This document shows positions 22,525-34,524 of a stretch of DNA of 64,000 bases, piece after piece. Source of the DNA: Macrostomum lignano (Eukaryota); the NCBI GenBank assembly GCA_002269645.1, contig NIVC01003292.1, positions 1 through 64,000 of the forward strand, written 5' to 3'. The notes beneath the pieces were generated by a model that was given only the letters and a program-made list of their open reading frames with translations, was not told the DNA's origin and made no database searches. The position numbers were made by a program, and so were the translations under genes. Numbering within the stretch: the stretch's first letter is position 1; every line of letters begins with the position of its first letter.

Positions 22525-25110
22525 TGACTCTGCGTAGGTGCATTGAAACACTTCAGCACAATCAGCAGAATCCGAAATCAGCCAGGCTGGTGCCGTTCCG
22601 CGAGTCCAAACTCACCCAGTTGATACAGCCGTACTTCAGCGGCAGCGGCAGGGCCACTATGATTGTGAGACCTCACTTGTGAGACCTTGTGAGACCTCAC
22701 TAGTCTCACTATGAGTGAGACCTGAAGGATATCTAAGAGTGAGGCCTGAAGGATATCTAAGAGTGAGACCTGAAGGATACCTGAAGGTGAAGCCTGAATG
22801 ATATCCAAGGGTGAGGCCTGAAGGATATCTAAGGGTGAGGCCTGAAGGATATCTAAGGGTGAGGCCTGAAGGATATCTAAGGGTGAGGCCTGAAGGGTAT
22901 CGAAGGATGATGTGATGTCTAAGATCTAAGAGTGAGGCCTGAAGGATATCTAAGGGTAAGGCTACATAGAAGAACTATTGATTTCTCGTCTAGATAGCTG
23001 GATTAATGTAGAGGCTTCAATAAATAGATCTAGTGACTTCAATATCTAAATTAAACGATAATCCAATCCTAAAACTACTGCAGGAGATGCTGAAGCTCAT
23101 TGGAGACCTGCGCCAAACTGTGCAGCAGCAAGAGGAGGAGATGGAGGAGCGGGAGATGCGCATTAGACGCGAGCTCATTGCCGAACGGGACCGGCTGATG
23201 AGCGAGGTGGAGGAGCGATTTGAGCAGCAGCTTCAGGAGCAGAAGGAGCTGCAAGAGGTACGTTGTGATATAACTGAGCAATGCTATTCCAAGATTCTTC
23301 AATTATTTTGTAGTTTCAAAATCTGCCATTTTGTAGTTTCAGAATCTGCCATTTTGTAGTTTCAGAATCTGCCATTTTGTAGATTCAGAATCTGCCATTT
23401 TGTAGTTTCAGAATCTGCCATTTTGTAGATTCAGAATCTGTCATTTTGTAGTTTCGAAATCTGCCATTTTGTAGATTCAGAATCTGCCATTTTGTAGTTT
23501 CAGAATCTGCCATTTTTTAGATTCAGAATCTGCCATTTTGTAGATTCAGAATCTAATCTAGTCAAAATCTGCCAGTTCTATTCCTAGAATCTACCAATCC
23601 TGTTGCTTCTTGCAGGAGCGCCACGACACCCGCCTGCCGCGAGTACCTGGACACTTCCAGCGGATCAGCGACAACCTGAAGAAGCGCATGGTTGAGGCTC
23701 ACAAACGCAAGCTGGCCGAACTGCAAGCAAAAATCGATAGATTAGAAGAGCAACTTGGCGAGGCCAGGTCGGAGGCTGAGCAGCAAGATGAGCAGTTGGA
23801 AAATTTGAATAATAAAGTTGAGAAACTGGAGATGGAGCTGGCCGCTGCTCAGAGCGTCTCCACTAAAGAGGCCATCGAAGCCGAAGTAACATTCGAGTCA
23901 GGAGAATCGGCGATATGCACAGGCGGCTAGCGGAGTCTGCAGATATCAGCACCCTGGCCAGGTCGCACCCGCCTCCGCCACCAATCAGCACCGGTCTGCA
24001 ATGCGGGCCACTCTGCTTAAGAACGACTCGTTTCTGGTTCACGAGCTGGAGGCTGAACTGGTTGAAGAGCAGGAGAGCCGAGAGCGACAGGTAGGCGCCA
24101 TGACTGCCACGCTGGCCTGCTCACAGGAGATGCTGGATGGACTCAGGATGGAGCGAGAATTGCTGGCTGAGGAGTTGAAGACTGCACGGCTGACTGTTGA
24201 GGAGCAGGTGAGAGGAACTGGCTTGAGAATAGAGTTGTACAGGGGATTTAGTACGAGATTAGATAGTGGATATATGAATGCAGAGAACGGATAGGGAGAT
24301 AGGAGAGGAAAGAAGATATGGAAGATATAGAAGGGGGATGCGAGAGCGATTTGGGGGCGAAGGGAGATATGAGAAGGGAGATAGGAGAGGGGAGAAGGGA
24401 GATAGAAGAGGGGAGAAGGGAGATAGGAGAGGGGAGAGGGGAGATAAGAGAGGGGCGAAGGGAGACAGGAGAAGGGAGATAGAAGAGGGGAGAAGGGAGA
24501 TAGGAGAGGGGAGAGAGGAGATAAGAGAGGGGCGAAGGGAGATAGGAGAAGGGAGATAGAAGAGGGGAGAAGGGAGATAGGAGAAGGGAGATAGAAGAGG
24601 GGAGAAGGGAGATAGGAGAGGGGAGAGGGAGATAAGAGAGGGGAGAAGGGAGATAGGAGTGGGGAGAAGGAGATAGGAGAGGGAGAAGGGAGATAGGAGA
24701 GGGAGAAGGGAGATAGGAGAGGGGAGAAGGGAGATAAGAGAGGGGAGAAGGGAGATAGGAGAGGGGAGAAGGAGATAAGAGAGGGGAGAAGAGAAGTGAG
24801 ATAGGAGGCTTAATCTATTAAGTCTAATAAATTCGGTGTAACAGCCAAAACCTGAATCAACCTCTCTCAATTTGCACCCAGCGCGGAAACTATTAGAGAG
24901 TTAATGAGTCGCATCGAAGGTTTCGAAGCCCTCAGACATGCCTAACAAGGATGAGATGCTAAATATTCGTCCTAAATCTGCTGAGGCCATAGACAATGAA
25001 GGCAATACTACTGAGAACATTGAATCTAATCAAAGCTGCCGCCAAATGGTAACGAAGAAGACGAGTCTTCGATAGAGGCGGCTGAGGCTTATTACACTGC
25101 TGAAATTAAT
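22525..25110 (+). pseudogene. Inverted partial duplicate of the kinesin 3' half: truncated motor exon 22525-22668, exons 23084-23257 and 23616-24207, diverged last exon from 24882
   Basis: ORF 23033-23359 is identical in translation to 2018-2344. Exon 23616-24207 has four 1-bp indels versus 668-1261. The last exon copy has a premature TAA. Intron repeats are the same families as in the source gene. Confidence 0.93.
24290..24806. repeat. Polypurine 21-bp tandem repeat (gggagataggagaggggagaa), expanded counterpart of 361-600
   Basis: Almost pure G/A tandem array in the duplicated intron. Confidence 0.95.
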
Positions 25111-26171
25111 TGACAGACTTTTCTGACGCTGCAGCTGTTTTCTCTGAAGTCGCGACAGTTTTTTAGTCCAGTGTATAAAATCCCTCACAAGTTTTACGTG
25201 CGGCCGCTTATCTCCTTTGCGGTTGAATTGCTTTTATAAACTAAGAATCAGCAGTTATGACCATAGACTAAGCTTCTGCTGATCTCAAGCATTAGAACTC
25301 AAAGAAAAGACTTGAAAATGATTTAGAATCGACTGACACAGGACTTCGTTTCACAACAGCAGCAGCAGCAGCAGCAGCTAGTGTCTATGGCCCAAACCTC
25401 AGGGTAAATATATACATGTACATTAGCGATTGCTGGAGTGACAAATTGCTTTTATAAACTTTATAGGTTATATCGAATCTTGTGTACATTGTCACAATTG
25501 CAATACATGATTGCCACACGTTCGATGAGTTGATTTTTTAGTATACGTCTATGAGAATATTTATTACATGTAGTACAAGCGTATAATTTATGTACATGTG
25601 TAAAAGATATAGAATTATATCCGATTTTTCTTTGCACAACAGCAAAAGCTTGATGTTATGGCTTTTACCCTCCTAATACGATTTTTTATTCGAGCAACTT
25701 TCTTTTTGGTTCTTAATTTATGTAGCTGCGCGATGACTCAATATCTTTGCGGGTCTTACTCATGCAGCTATTATTATATATATAATCTAATGATTAGCAT
25801 TGTACATCCATGGAACGCGTATCTGAAGAATGGTGTGGTACACCATTTTACCTCCTATGTTCAAAAGAAACAAGCCAGAACTTCCATTCAAACACTTTAA
25901 GAAATAACAGCCCTTGCGGAAATTCAATTCAAACAAAGTCCCTTTCTATTGAAACAGAAGAACTTCAATTCAGACTGTCTGGCCAAAACTGTCCCCGAGT
26001 GACGCGCATAGCATGCGCAAACTTGAAATTCAAAAGAAACAAAGTCACATTCTATTTCGACAGAGATTTTTGCACATAGGTACAACTTAAAAAAGTACAT
26101 TTTTAGTACATTAATCTAACTGTTTTCCCTGTACTGCATAACTGTACAATCGTTGCGCAACAAGAAACGAT

Positions 26172-26420
26172 ATGAATGCTGAAGATCAGATTGAAGAAGA
26201 CGATGAATTGCTGGAAGAAGATGGAATCGATGAATTTGAAGCAGAATTCGATGAAGATATCATGGAACAGCAGCATTGGCAGTGCGCTATTGTTTAAGCA
26301 ACAGTGACAAAGACCGTATCATCAGGGCTGCTGATCGTGGGGATTACTTTGTGGAACTGGCGCGCCAACTTGGAGTCAAGGGTCAACAGCGAACACGATT
26401 GTGAGGTCAGGGAGAGCGGA
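26172..26420 (+). pseudogene. Possible remnant of an IS630/Tc1-type transposase N-terminus (acidic leader + HTH)
   Basis: MNAEDQIEEDDELL... then a frameshift into RYCLSNSDKDRIIRAADRGDYFVELARQLGVK, an HTH-like pattern; no catalytic domain seen. Confidence 0.35.
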
Positions 26421-26799
26421 AAAGCAGCCTACGAGATTCCGGACACCATTCAGGTCAAGCCACTACGGAGCTATTGAATCTGAGAATATATATTTGCCCA
26501 AATTGTCAGTCCTATTTTGACAAGGTCAACTTCCCGGCCCAATTATAGTTACAGCAGGATCCATTTGTCGATAAATTCGCTGTACTATTTTTGTCAACAT
26601 GCATACAGTGAAACAGAGAATGGATGAGGGAAAATCCGAGAGCAAAATTGTTTGAGCGTGGTAGTATGCTTGCAAAATGGTGGTACGTGTGTATACATGT
26701 ACAATTGGTTAAGTGCCCTTTTTAGTGCGAAGCGCGGAGCGCGCACCAGCGAGTTGAGCGCCGACGCGAGCGAAACCGGCGAGACCGGCAACGTGGCGG

Positions 26800-27240
26800 T
26801 CCATCTGGGTCTTCCGGCGCTGTTCTAGGCGGTGGTCGAGACCGTCCTTTTGTACAACGCCGAGACCTGGACGCTGACGGATTCGCTCGAACAGCAAGTC
26901 AACGCGGCGCACGCTGGCCTTTTGCACGCCGCCTTTGAAGATCAGCGATGAGCGGATCACTAACGCGGCACTCTATCGCCGCGCCGGCCTGGCCCGTCCA
27001 AGTGAACTGCTGCGACTTCAGCGACTCCAGCTGGCAGGCCACATCATTCGCGCCGAGTCCTACTGCCCGCGCAGCCGGTGCTGGAGGTGCTGCTGCTAAC
27101 GCTGCAGGCACCCTTACCGGCGGCCAGGCCCAAACTCGGCGTTTCGTCGACTGCCTGCTCGCCGACGCTGGCGCCCCAGACTCTGCCGTCGGTGGGGCCT
27201 TTGTTCGCCCCCAGACTCTGAAGCGTGCGCTGTGACGCAG
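26800..27240 (+). mobile_element. 5'-truncated RTE-type non-LTR retrotransposon fragment (region downstream of RT)
   Basis: AVVETVLLYNAETWTLT..., ITNAALYRRAGL..SELLRLQRLQLAGHIIR and RRGQ..TRRFVDCLLADAG across frameshifts, typical of the RTE ORF C-terminus. Confidence 0.8.
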
Positions 27241-27984
27241 CATTTTTCCACCTGACAGCGTATTTTGTTGTTGTGCGAAATTTAAAATTTTGATGCTGTC
27301 AAAAAGCTTTGAAAGTCATTGAGAGTAAACTCGTGTATACATGTAGTGTAGGCAGTTCAATAAAGACAATATTGATATCTAAACACTAGCTCTTGGCGAG
27401 TGACCTCGCCTTTAGTCAAGACTTATCAGTCATATAGAATACCGGCTGCCGGATGATGTCGAAAAGTTTAGGCAGATAAATTATAGAAAATGATAATGGA
27501 AACAAAATAAATGACTTGAATAGGTTGCCCTCGTTTTATTATATTAGAAATTGGTGCAGTATAGACCATGATTTAACTTTAACGTCACAGTAAAATTGTT
27601 GTTTTACTTTGTCAAATGACAAATGAATTTTCGGAGAAATGGCATTTCTATTTTAAGAAACAGTACTACTCACCACAAGATGGTGGATCAGAGGCCTGTT
27701 CTGTCTATACAGTCGATTCCGTTTCGTTCCGACCCATGCCATAACTAACTAGGAAAAATATGCAAAAACTGAACCCAGCCTTGCCTTGGCATTTGGAGGA
27801 TGCAGTGTGAATAGGAAATTCATTTTTTAAACATACAAATGTTCCTACGAGGACTTTAGAATTAGAATTTAGCATCGAGCAATTTTTTAACCACGATGCA
27901 TGTATTGTCACAGGAAAATCTCTGATCAAGTGGTGAAAGTTTGAAAAAAATGTTTTTTTCTGAAATCAATTGCATATGGACAGA

Positions 27985-28652
27985 CGGATTCGAGACGAGA
28001 TTCAAGATGAGAAGGGTTATAAGCCAAGAATTTCGAGACAAGACAAGACAAAGTAAATCTAAAAAAATATATTTCAGAATTGCATCTTGTCTTGCTCTTA
28101 TCTTGTCTTATCTTGTCTTAAATTTCTTGATAAGATATAATTCTAAAATAAATTTTTTAGATTTTCTAGAATACTTTCTTAATTCTAGTTTTAATTCTTT
28201 GCTATTTATTCAAAAGCATTTATGCTTGTAGCATATAGGCCCTTGGCCCTACTATGTCTATTACTAATTCTTCAAAAGACCTATGTAGATTGTCTTCAAG
28301 TCTGCTGTGATACACATTGCTGCAGAACTGAAATGATAACTAAAAGAGTGCATATGCAATGCAAACTCGTATATAATGACATTCATTAAATAACTAAAAC
28401 TGCTTGACATTGGCTAGATTTTACCATTTGAAAATTGCCCTATCAAGTGTGTTACAACAAACAGTTGTATTTATATGAAAATTTGCTCCCCTTTTTATAT
28501 CTTATCATTTAAAAACTTTTGAAAAAAAGGTATCAAAAAATTCTTGAATCTCGTCTCAAATTTCTTGACAAAATTCGAGATTTCTCGAGATAAGAAAAAA
28601 TGTCAAGATCTTGTCTCGAATCTTGTCTTGTTGAGATCTTGTTACAGCTCTA
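27985..28652. mobile_element. Truncated hAT-like MITE remnant
   Basis: Right end reads TAGAGCTGTAAC on the minus strand; clustered TCTTGTCT/AGACAAGA motifs; gagacgagattcaag near 27992 is inverted near 28543. Confidence 0.35.
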
Positions 28653-29334
28653 CTATATTCTACAGTTGATTCTGCAACTTTACTTATTATTCTGCATTTT
28701 ACTGTGCTATTCTATTTTAATTCTGCTGTGGATTCCATGTTTTACTAGGTACCCTATGCTATGGCTATATATGCTATGATCTGATCTTGGATTTGGAATA
28801 TCAATATTGATATTGTTTTTGGGATTTGTTTCCTATCCTAATTTTTATTGGTATTCAAGATCCTATGGCTATGATTTTAGTCTTCAATATTAAGATTAGC
28901 AACCTAACTAACCTATCTGGCTATCTAACCTATCCTGATGGTTTTAGAGTTCAAGATATGATACTGAATTGAAATATGAAAAAGATCAGTTGCACTCGTT
29001 TTTTTGGTCCTAAAATAGCAAATCTATAGGGGGCCTATCATAGTTTATTGAAAAAATTTTGAAACTAGTTTTATTTAAAAGCAAATGGGTTATATTTTAG
29101 TAAGTATGATAGTTGTTGCTACAGAAACATGCCTTTATAGAGACAATAAATTTGCTTCTGAATTCCTATGAGTTTTGATTGCCTAATTATCTAAAGTTGT
29201 TTTTTCTAAAAGATAACATGTATACTTAATATATTGGTTTCCTGACAGACATTCAGAAATCATTCAGTAAATGTTTAACAAAATTGTCTATTTAGTATGC
29301 AAGACAGTGCAATTTTTCATATATTTTTATGCTT

Positions 29335-31475
29335 GTTTCTGCTTTGAAAAGATACATCAGACACACACAAAGACACTTTACAAGCTGAGATATCCCCTAG
29401 CAACAGTTGTTACGACATTTCCCAATAGTCCAAATACTGTATATAGTTGTTTTTGAGGAGCCACTACATTGTTGCACTTTGCTCTTTTTGGCCAGGTCAG
29501 CCAATGGCCAATGTTCTTTAAACATTCAGCTGCTATGTGTGGTTAAAAATCATCTTAATATCTATCTTCAAATAGGTAGCATCAAACTTAAAATCAGCCT
29601 TCAAAAATTTTTATATAGTTTATGAGTGCCGGGTCCTTCTTTAATAATTGTCCTTGTATGTATATATAGGTTGCAATGTAATTTGGAGTATTAAATTATG
29701 GCTTACTACTGTTGACTTATTTCCCAGATTGACGATGCCATCTCTTAGGCAAGAAAGGCACACTCCATTCCTAAAGATTACCAAAATTGAGATCCTATTT
29801 TCTCATTTTTAGCTTGCAACTAGGAATTAGAAATAACTTGAGAAATTGTATGACTATGTGGAATTGGCTTTGGAAAGCCAAATCTATATGTAGCACCCAG
29901 TGTTCACCTGTGCAACCTCCTCATGAAGATGAGTCTTGTTTCCAATAGAACAGCAATTCATTTAGACCTCATAGCTCCACTGAATACCAGCCAACCAGTG
30001 GCCAGGCTAAAGCCCAGCCAGCCACTGGCCAGGCGACCAAGAATGAAAGAGCCAGAAGTCCTGAAGGGACTCCTGAAGGGACTCCTGAAGGGACTCCTAA
30101 AGGGACTCCTGAAGGGACTCCTGAAGGGACTCCTAAAGGGACTCCTGAAGGGACTCCTGAAGGGACTCTTGAAAGGCAACTTGTTATGGACTGCTCCTCA
30201 ATGAATGAAGTGACAGCAACAATGACAATATCAATTAAAGCTATAAGGAAGATTCATTTAGGAATTAATAATTCCAAATATGTTTTTTTCGAAGCTAGCA
30301 CTAAATGAAGCTCTTTGCAAATCATTGAGATCTATATCGTCTTGTTGCTTGCGCATGAGGGAGTATTGTCATGTTAGTGCAATTGAATCTAGAAAAAAAT
30401 GTACAAATTTTTTGACAATAAGGGCTGAGTGCAAGATGCAAGGGTGCAAGAAACTTACTTTTGTAATGAAAGAAAAACCCCTATTGCAAGATGCTGGGAG
30501 TGGCACGTCATCGGACAAGGTCTCTTTGACCATTCGAAAGCCAAATCATCAACTTTTAGAAGAATAACAGAGGATGAGGAAGAAAATTTCACAAAACTTG
30601 TTGCAGAGGAAATTTTCTTTGCCATTTTGAAAGTCATGTCTTACTTTCTTCTAGCAGTTGTTCAACAACTTTGCTGTCTCGATGACTTGTGACAATCTGA
30701 TCAGGTATAGTTGACACTCTAGATGGGTGTGGAATCTCAAAAAGTTACATTTACTTGTGATTTCTTTTAGGGCTGTTTTTGTTGCTTCCTTGTGTTGCTT
30801 TTTTGCTACATTTAAATTATCCAACATTTCTTACATTTTCTCTCAATAATCTTAACTTAATAATAATAGTAGTAGTACAGTATATAATCATAGTAATATT
30901 AATAATAATAACAGTACAGTAATGTTAATAGTAATAACATTATTATAAGTAGTGCAAATATTATTAAAAAGTAATATTAATAATAATAGCATTCGGTGTA
31001 CTAAGTATTTAGAAAACATTGTAACAACCATTGCTAAAGAATATCTCAGCTTGTGAAGCATCTTTGTTGGTCTTTAATGTGTCTTTTTACAGCAAGGCAT
31101 GCATAAAGTAGCAGTGCAATTTTCATCCAGAATGAGCACAGCTTCTAAAAAAATGGTTATACAATTCAAACAGCAACATCAAACAGCATTCGGTATATCT
31201 AGAAAATATGGTAACAACCATTGCTAGGGAATATCTTAGCTTGTGAAGTGTCTTTGTGTGTGTCTAATGTGTCTTTTTAAAGTAGAGACATGTGTAAAGC
31301 AGCTGTGTAATTTTCATTCAGAAAGAACAAAGTGCAATGATATAGCGGCTCCTCAAAAACAACTATATACAGTATTTGGTATATTGGGAAACATTGTAAC
31401 AACCATTACTAAAGAATATCTCAGCTTGTGAAGCATTTTTTGTGTGTATCTGATGTGTCTTTTTAAAGCAGAGAC
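29335..31475. mobile_element. Foldback-like element remnant: about 150-bp inverted repeats (right side in about 3 tandem copies) flanking a decayed ORF region
   Basis: 29335-29480 is the reverse complement of 31328-31475. The aacattgtaacaaccattgctaaagaatatctcagcttgtgaag unit recurs near 31015, 31205 and 31390. Frameshifted coding-like text lies at 29950-30690. Confidence 0.6.
30059..30172. repeat. 12-bp tandem repeat (cctgaagggact), 9-10 copies
   Basis: Direct inspection. Confidence 0.95.
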
Positions 31476-32680
31476 ATTAACTGTGATGGTCTCAGTGTGG
31501 TAGACCAATCAAAATAATATACAGCAAGTCTAAAAAATACAAGTGTAAATAGTTGTTGATGTAGGGTAAGACTTGGATAGAAAAACAAGACCTTCATTAA
31601 TTATAGTGTTTTGTATTTCACCATTTTAATCTTTAACATATTTTAGCCCCTTTTGACCTAGCTTTTTTGTTTTATTAGTTTATTGGTTTATTTTTATTTT
31701 TTAATTATCTTTCTTTTTATTTGCATTTTGCCTTAATTAATTTGTTTTGCTTATTGGCTTATTTAGGTCCTATTGTCAGGAAGGTGTCAAGTGTTTTTAG
31801 GTGAAAGAGTTTTTTAGGCAAAGGTTTTGGTGTATGCCAAGTATGCTAAGACTCTCCAACCCCTAATTATAAAGTTTTAACCTTTTAATCTTGACATTGT
31901 TTGCTCAATTTTGTTCAACTCTATATGGATTTACAAACTACAATACACTAAAAGACTTGAACCCAATTCTTAAATTCCAATCCCAATCCTGAGAAAAAAA
32001 TTATTCCTGATCCCAATCCCACCCAATGATTTCAGTCAATTCTGTCCAACCTCTAATATACTGTTTAAAAATATATGTTTTGAAAAGAATAAATTAACAA
32101 AAAAGCTCACAGAATGAAAATTTTAGATATAAAAGTTACAATTGTTCAAATAAAGGGTTGCATGTTGATACATTGAACAAACTTTTGAGTGCAGTGAAGC
32201 TCCTAGCCTGCAGTTTTGTTTTACCTTCTTGTTCAGATTAAGGATTTTGGATGCAGTTGAAATTAAGTAACCATCTTTGCTGGTTACTGGGCACCCTCTA
32301 TCCTTATTGCTTGTTAAATGCAGTTGATTTGCCATAGCCTCTGTTTCTAGTATGTTTATTTTTGCTATTAAGTCTCAGATTTCTAGATTTGATCAGATTG
32401 CAAAAACCAATATTAAGTTCTATATTGTGTGTTATTTATATTATTTCTTTCATTTGAAGTAATTTGATGTTTTTAGCAATAGCAATAAAGGGTAAAGTAC
32501 TTAGCAACCCAGGGCACTAGCAATTCCTATTCATGCCCTCCAAGGCTCCAATCCAGGAGTAGAGATATTGATATTTTATTGAATTTTAGGCATAGGTCTA
32601 AAAGTGCAGATTATAATTTTTTTATGGCTAAAAGTAAAGCCTATTACAATAATCAATGGAGTTTAATACCACAACATTGC

Positions 32681-33043
32681 ATGTTGTTCTATAGCTTCTT
32701 CAAGACCCTCGTGGGTAAAGACGTGGTGGTGGAGCTCAAAAATGATTTGAGCATCTGCGGCACCCTGCAATCTGTTGACCAATATCTCAACATTAATTTG
32801 AACGATATTAGCGTCACAGATCCAAACAAATATCCGCACATGATGTCAATGAAAAATTGTTTCATCCGTGGATCTGTGGTGCGCTATGTACAGCTGCCGG
32901 CTGACGAGTGCGACACTGTTGAGTTGCAGAATGCTGCTAGAAAGGAGGCGATGCAAAGCAAATCAGTTGCTGCGGCTGCCTCTGCTGCTGCTGCAGGAGG
33001 AGGAGGAGGCGGCGGCACTGGAGGACACGGCGGAGCACATTAG
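32681..33043 (+). CDS. LSM2: U6 snRNA-associated Sm-like protein LSm2, intronless CDS, with an Ala/Gly/His C-terminal extension
   Basis: MLFYSFFKTLVGKDVVVELKNDLSICGTL.SVDQYLN..L.DISVTDP.KYPHM.S.KNCFIRGSVVRYVQLPADE is the LSm2 sequence. Confidence 0.97.
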   Translation: MLFYSFFKTLVGKDVVVELKNDLSICGTLQSVDQYLNINLNDISVTDPNKYPHMMSMKNCFIRGSVVRYVQLPADECDTVELQNAARKEAMQSKSVAAAASAAAAGGGGGGGTGGHGGAH

Positions 33044-33560
33044 ATAAGTCATTTCCTGGAACTGAGCCTGCTCTAAAAAGGGCCGTTTTTTTCTCATCTA
33101 TATGTCAAAATATTTGTTTTTGTATTCACGTTAAAGTAATTTTATAAGGGTGTTCAAAATAAAGATAAATTGTCATTATAAAATTTTTTAAGTCTTAGTG
33201 TTGCCATAATTGTACTATGTAAGCAACCATTTTCATAATTTTCTAGCATTTAACTATATTATAATCTGTCTGCTTTGAAATCTTAGCTGTCTTTTGTGTT
33301 GAATATCTGAAAAGTTGAAGTAATATAAATATAATAGTGAAGTTTTGCCTGGACTTTAAAGTCCCATGCTTTTTACTTTGGAAATCTTTTTTGTCTTAAA
33401 ATTATTTTTTTAAGAGTACGCCTATAATTATTTATTTTAATAGCAAAATAATTCTGTAGTAATTATATACGACAATTTTTGTTGCATGAATTATCTCTCG
33501 TATTTTACTCGTCATACGCTAAACTGAACTACTTCAAGTAGTTGAAATCTGTATAGAAAA

Positions 33561-34106
33561 ATGAGCCAACAACAACAGCAGAACCAGGCGGAGTCAACAG
33601 GCTCTCAGACTGTTACAGTTGAGCCTCAGCCGCAAGAGGAGACTGTCACTCTTCATTTGATTGATAACTCGACTCAAGATAGTAGGCAGGTAAGAAATCG
33701 TCTTAATCTTTGTGCATACCATCGAGTAGCTGTAAAATGGGTGCCAGCATTAGCTGGGGTAATTGAGGGTGTGTGTGGCGACCCCCCCAGTCCTTGGACT
33801 GAACATCCGTTAGGGCAGGTGTAATCAACTATTATTGTTATATTATTAAAGGTTTCCCCTGACAGCCTTTATTTAAACATGACGCTTTCTAAGAAACCGC
33901 CCCTTTAACTGCAGGTGCAATTCGCCCAGGACACTGTAGACAATGAGCATCTTGGCAAAAAGAAATCCAAATGCTGTTGCGTCTACAAGAAGCCAAGAAA
34001 ATTTGATCCCGACAATCCTGACAAATCAGATAGCGAGGATGAAGATGGACACTCTTGCACTATGCACTGTCAAGGTCATACGCAGAAGTCCTATCATAAA
34101 GATTAA
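33561..34106 (+). CDS. PPP1R11: Protein phosphatase 1 inhibitor-3 (PPP1R11/Ypi1). Exons 33561-33689, 33915-34106
   Basis: RVxF-type RQVQF across the splice junction, followed by DTVDNEHLGKKKSKCCCVY, the inhibitor-3 signature. Confidence 0.95.
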
Positions 34107-34524
34107 AAACTTTTACATTGTTTATTTATTATGTAAAGAGCTTTTTTAACTACGATAAAGTAGATTTTGAGATAGATTTAACTGCTATAATCTGTCTGCA
34201 ACTGCAACATAATTCTAAGAACGATGTATGTAAATGTATGTTGGCAATAACAAAAAATAGTTTTTAGCAGTTGAAATTTATAACACAGAATTTGTACTAT
34301 ATAATACCAATTGTTGGTTGTAAGAACGCAACGCAAATATCAATTCCCAGCTCGTGAAAAGGAATGCAAGAATGTGCGTAATAATAAATTGACAAGCTTA
34401 AATCTGAAGTTTTGTAGTAAAAACAAACGAAAGTAACTCTTTATTTGCTTCATTTAGTAGTGCCAATAGTTATTACATTGTTATTAAGAATAAGTCTTTG
34501 TTACACACCTAATGGTTAAGAATT

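Noticed and set aside
24259-24870. Repeat-derived ORFs (SPISLL, GDRRGE; also 202-836, 38284-38682, 46861-47088, 56017-56514)
   Set aside because: They lie in introns of the reconstructed genes or the duplicate and simply translate minisatellites.
29923-30204. ORFs with LKGL / SPFR repeats
   Set aside because: Translations of a 12-bp tandem repeat, with no start or domain support.
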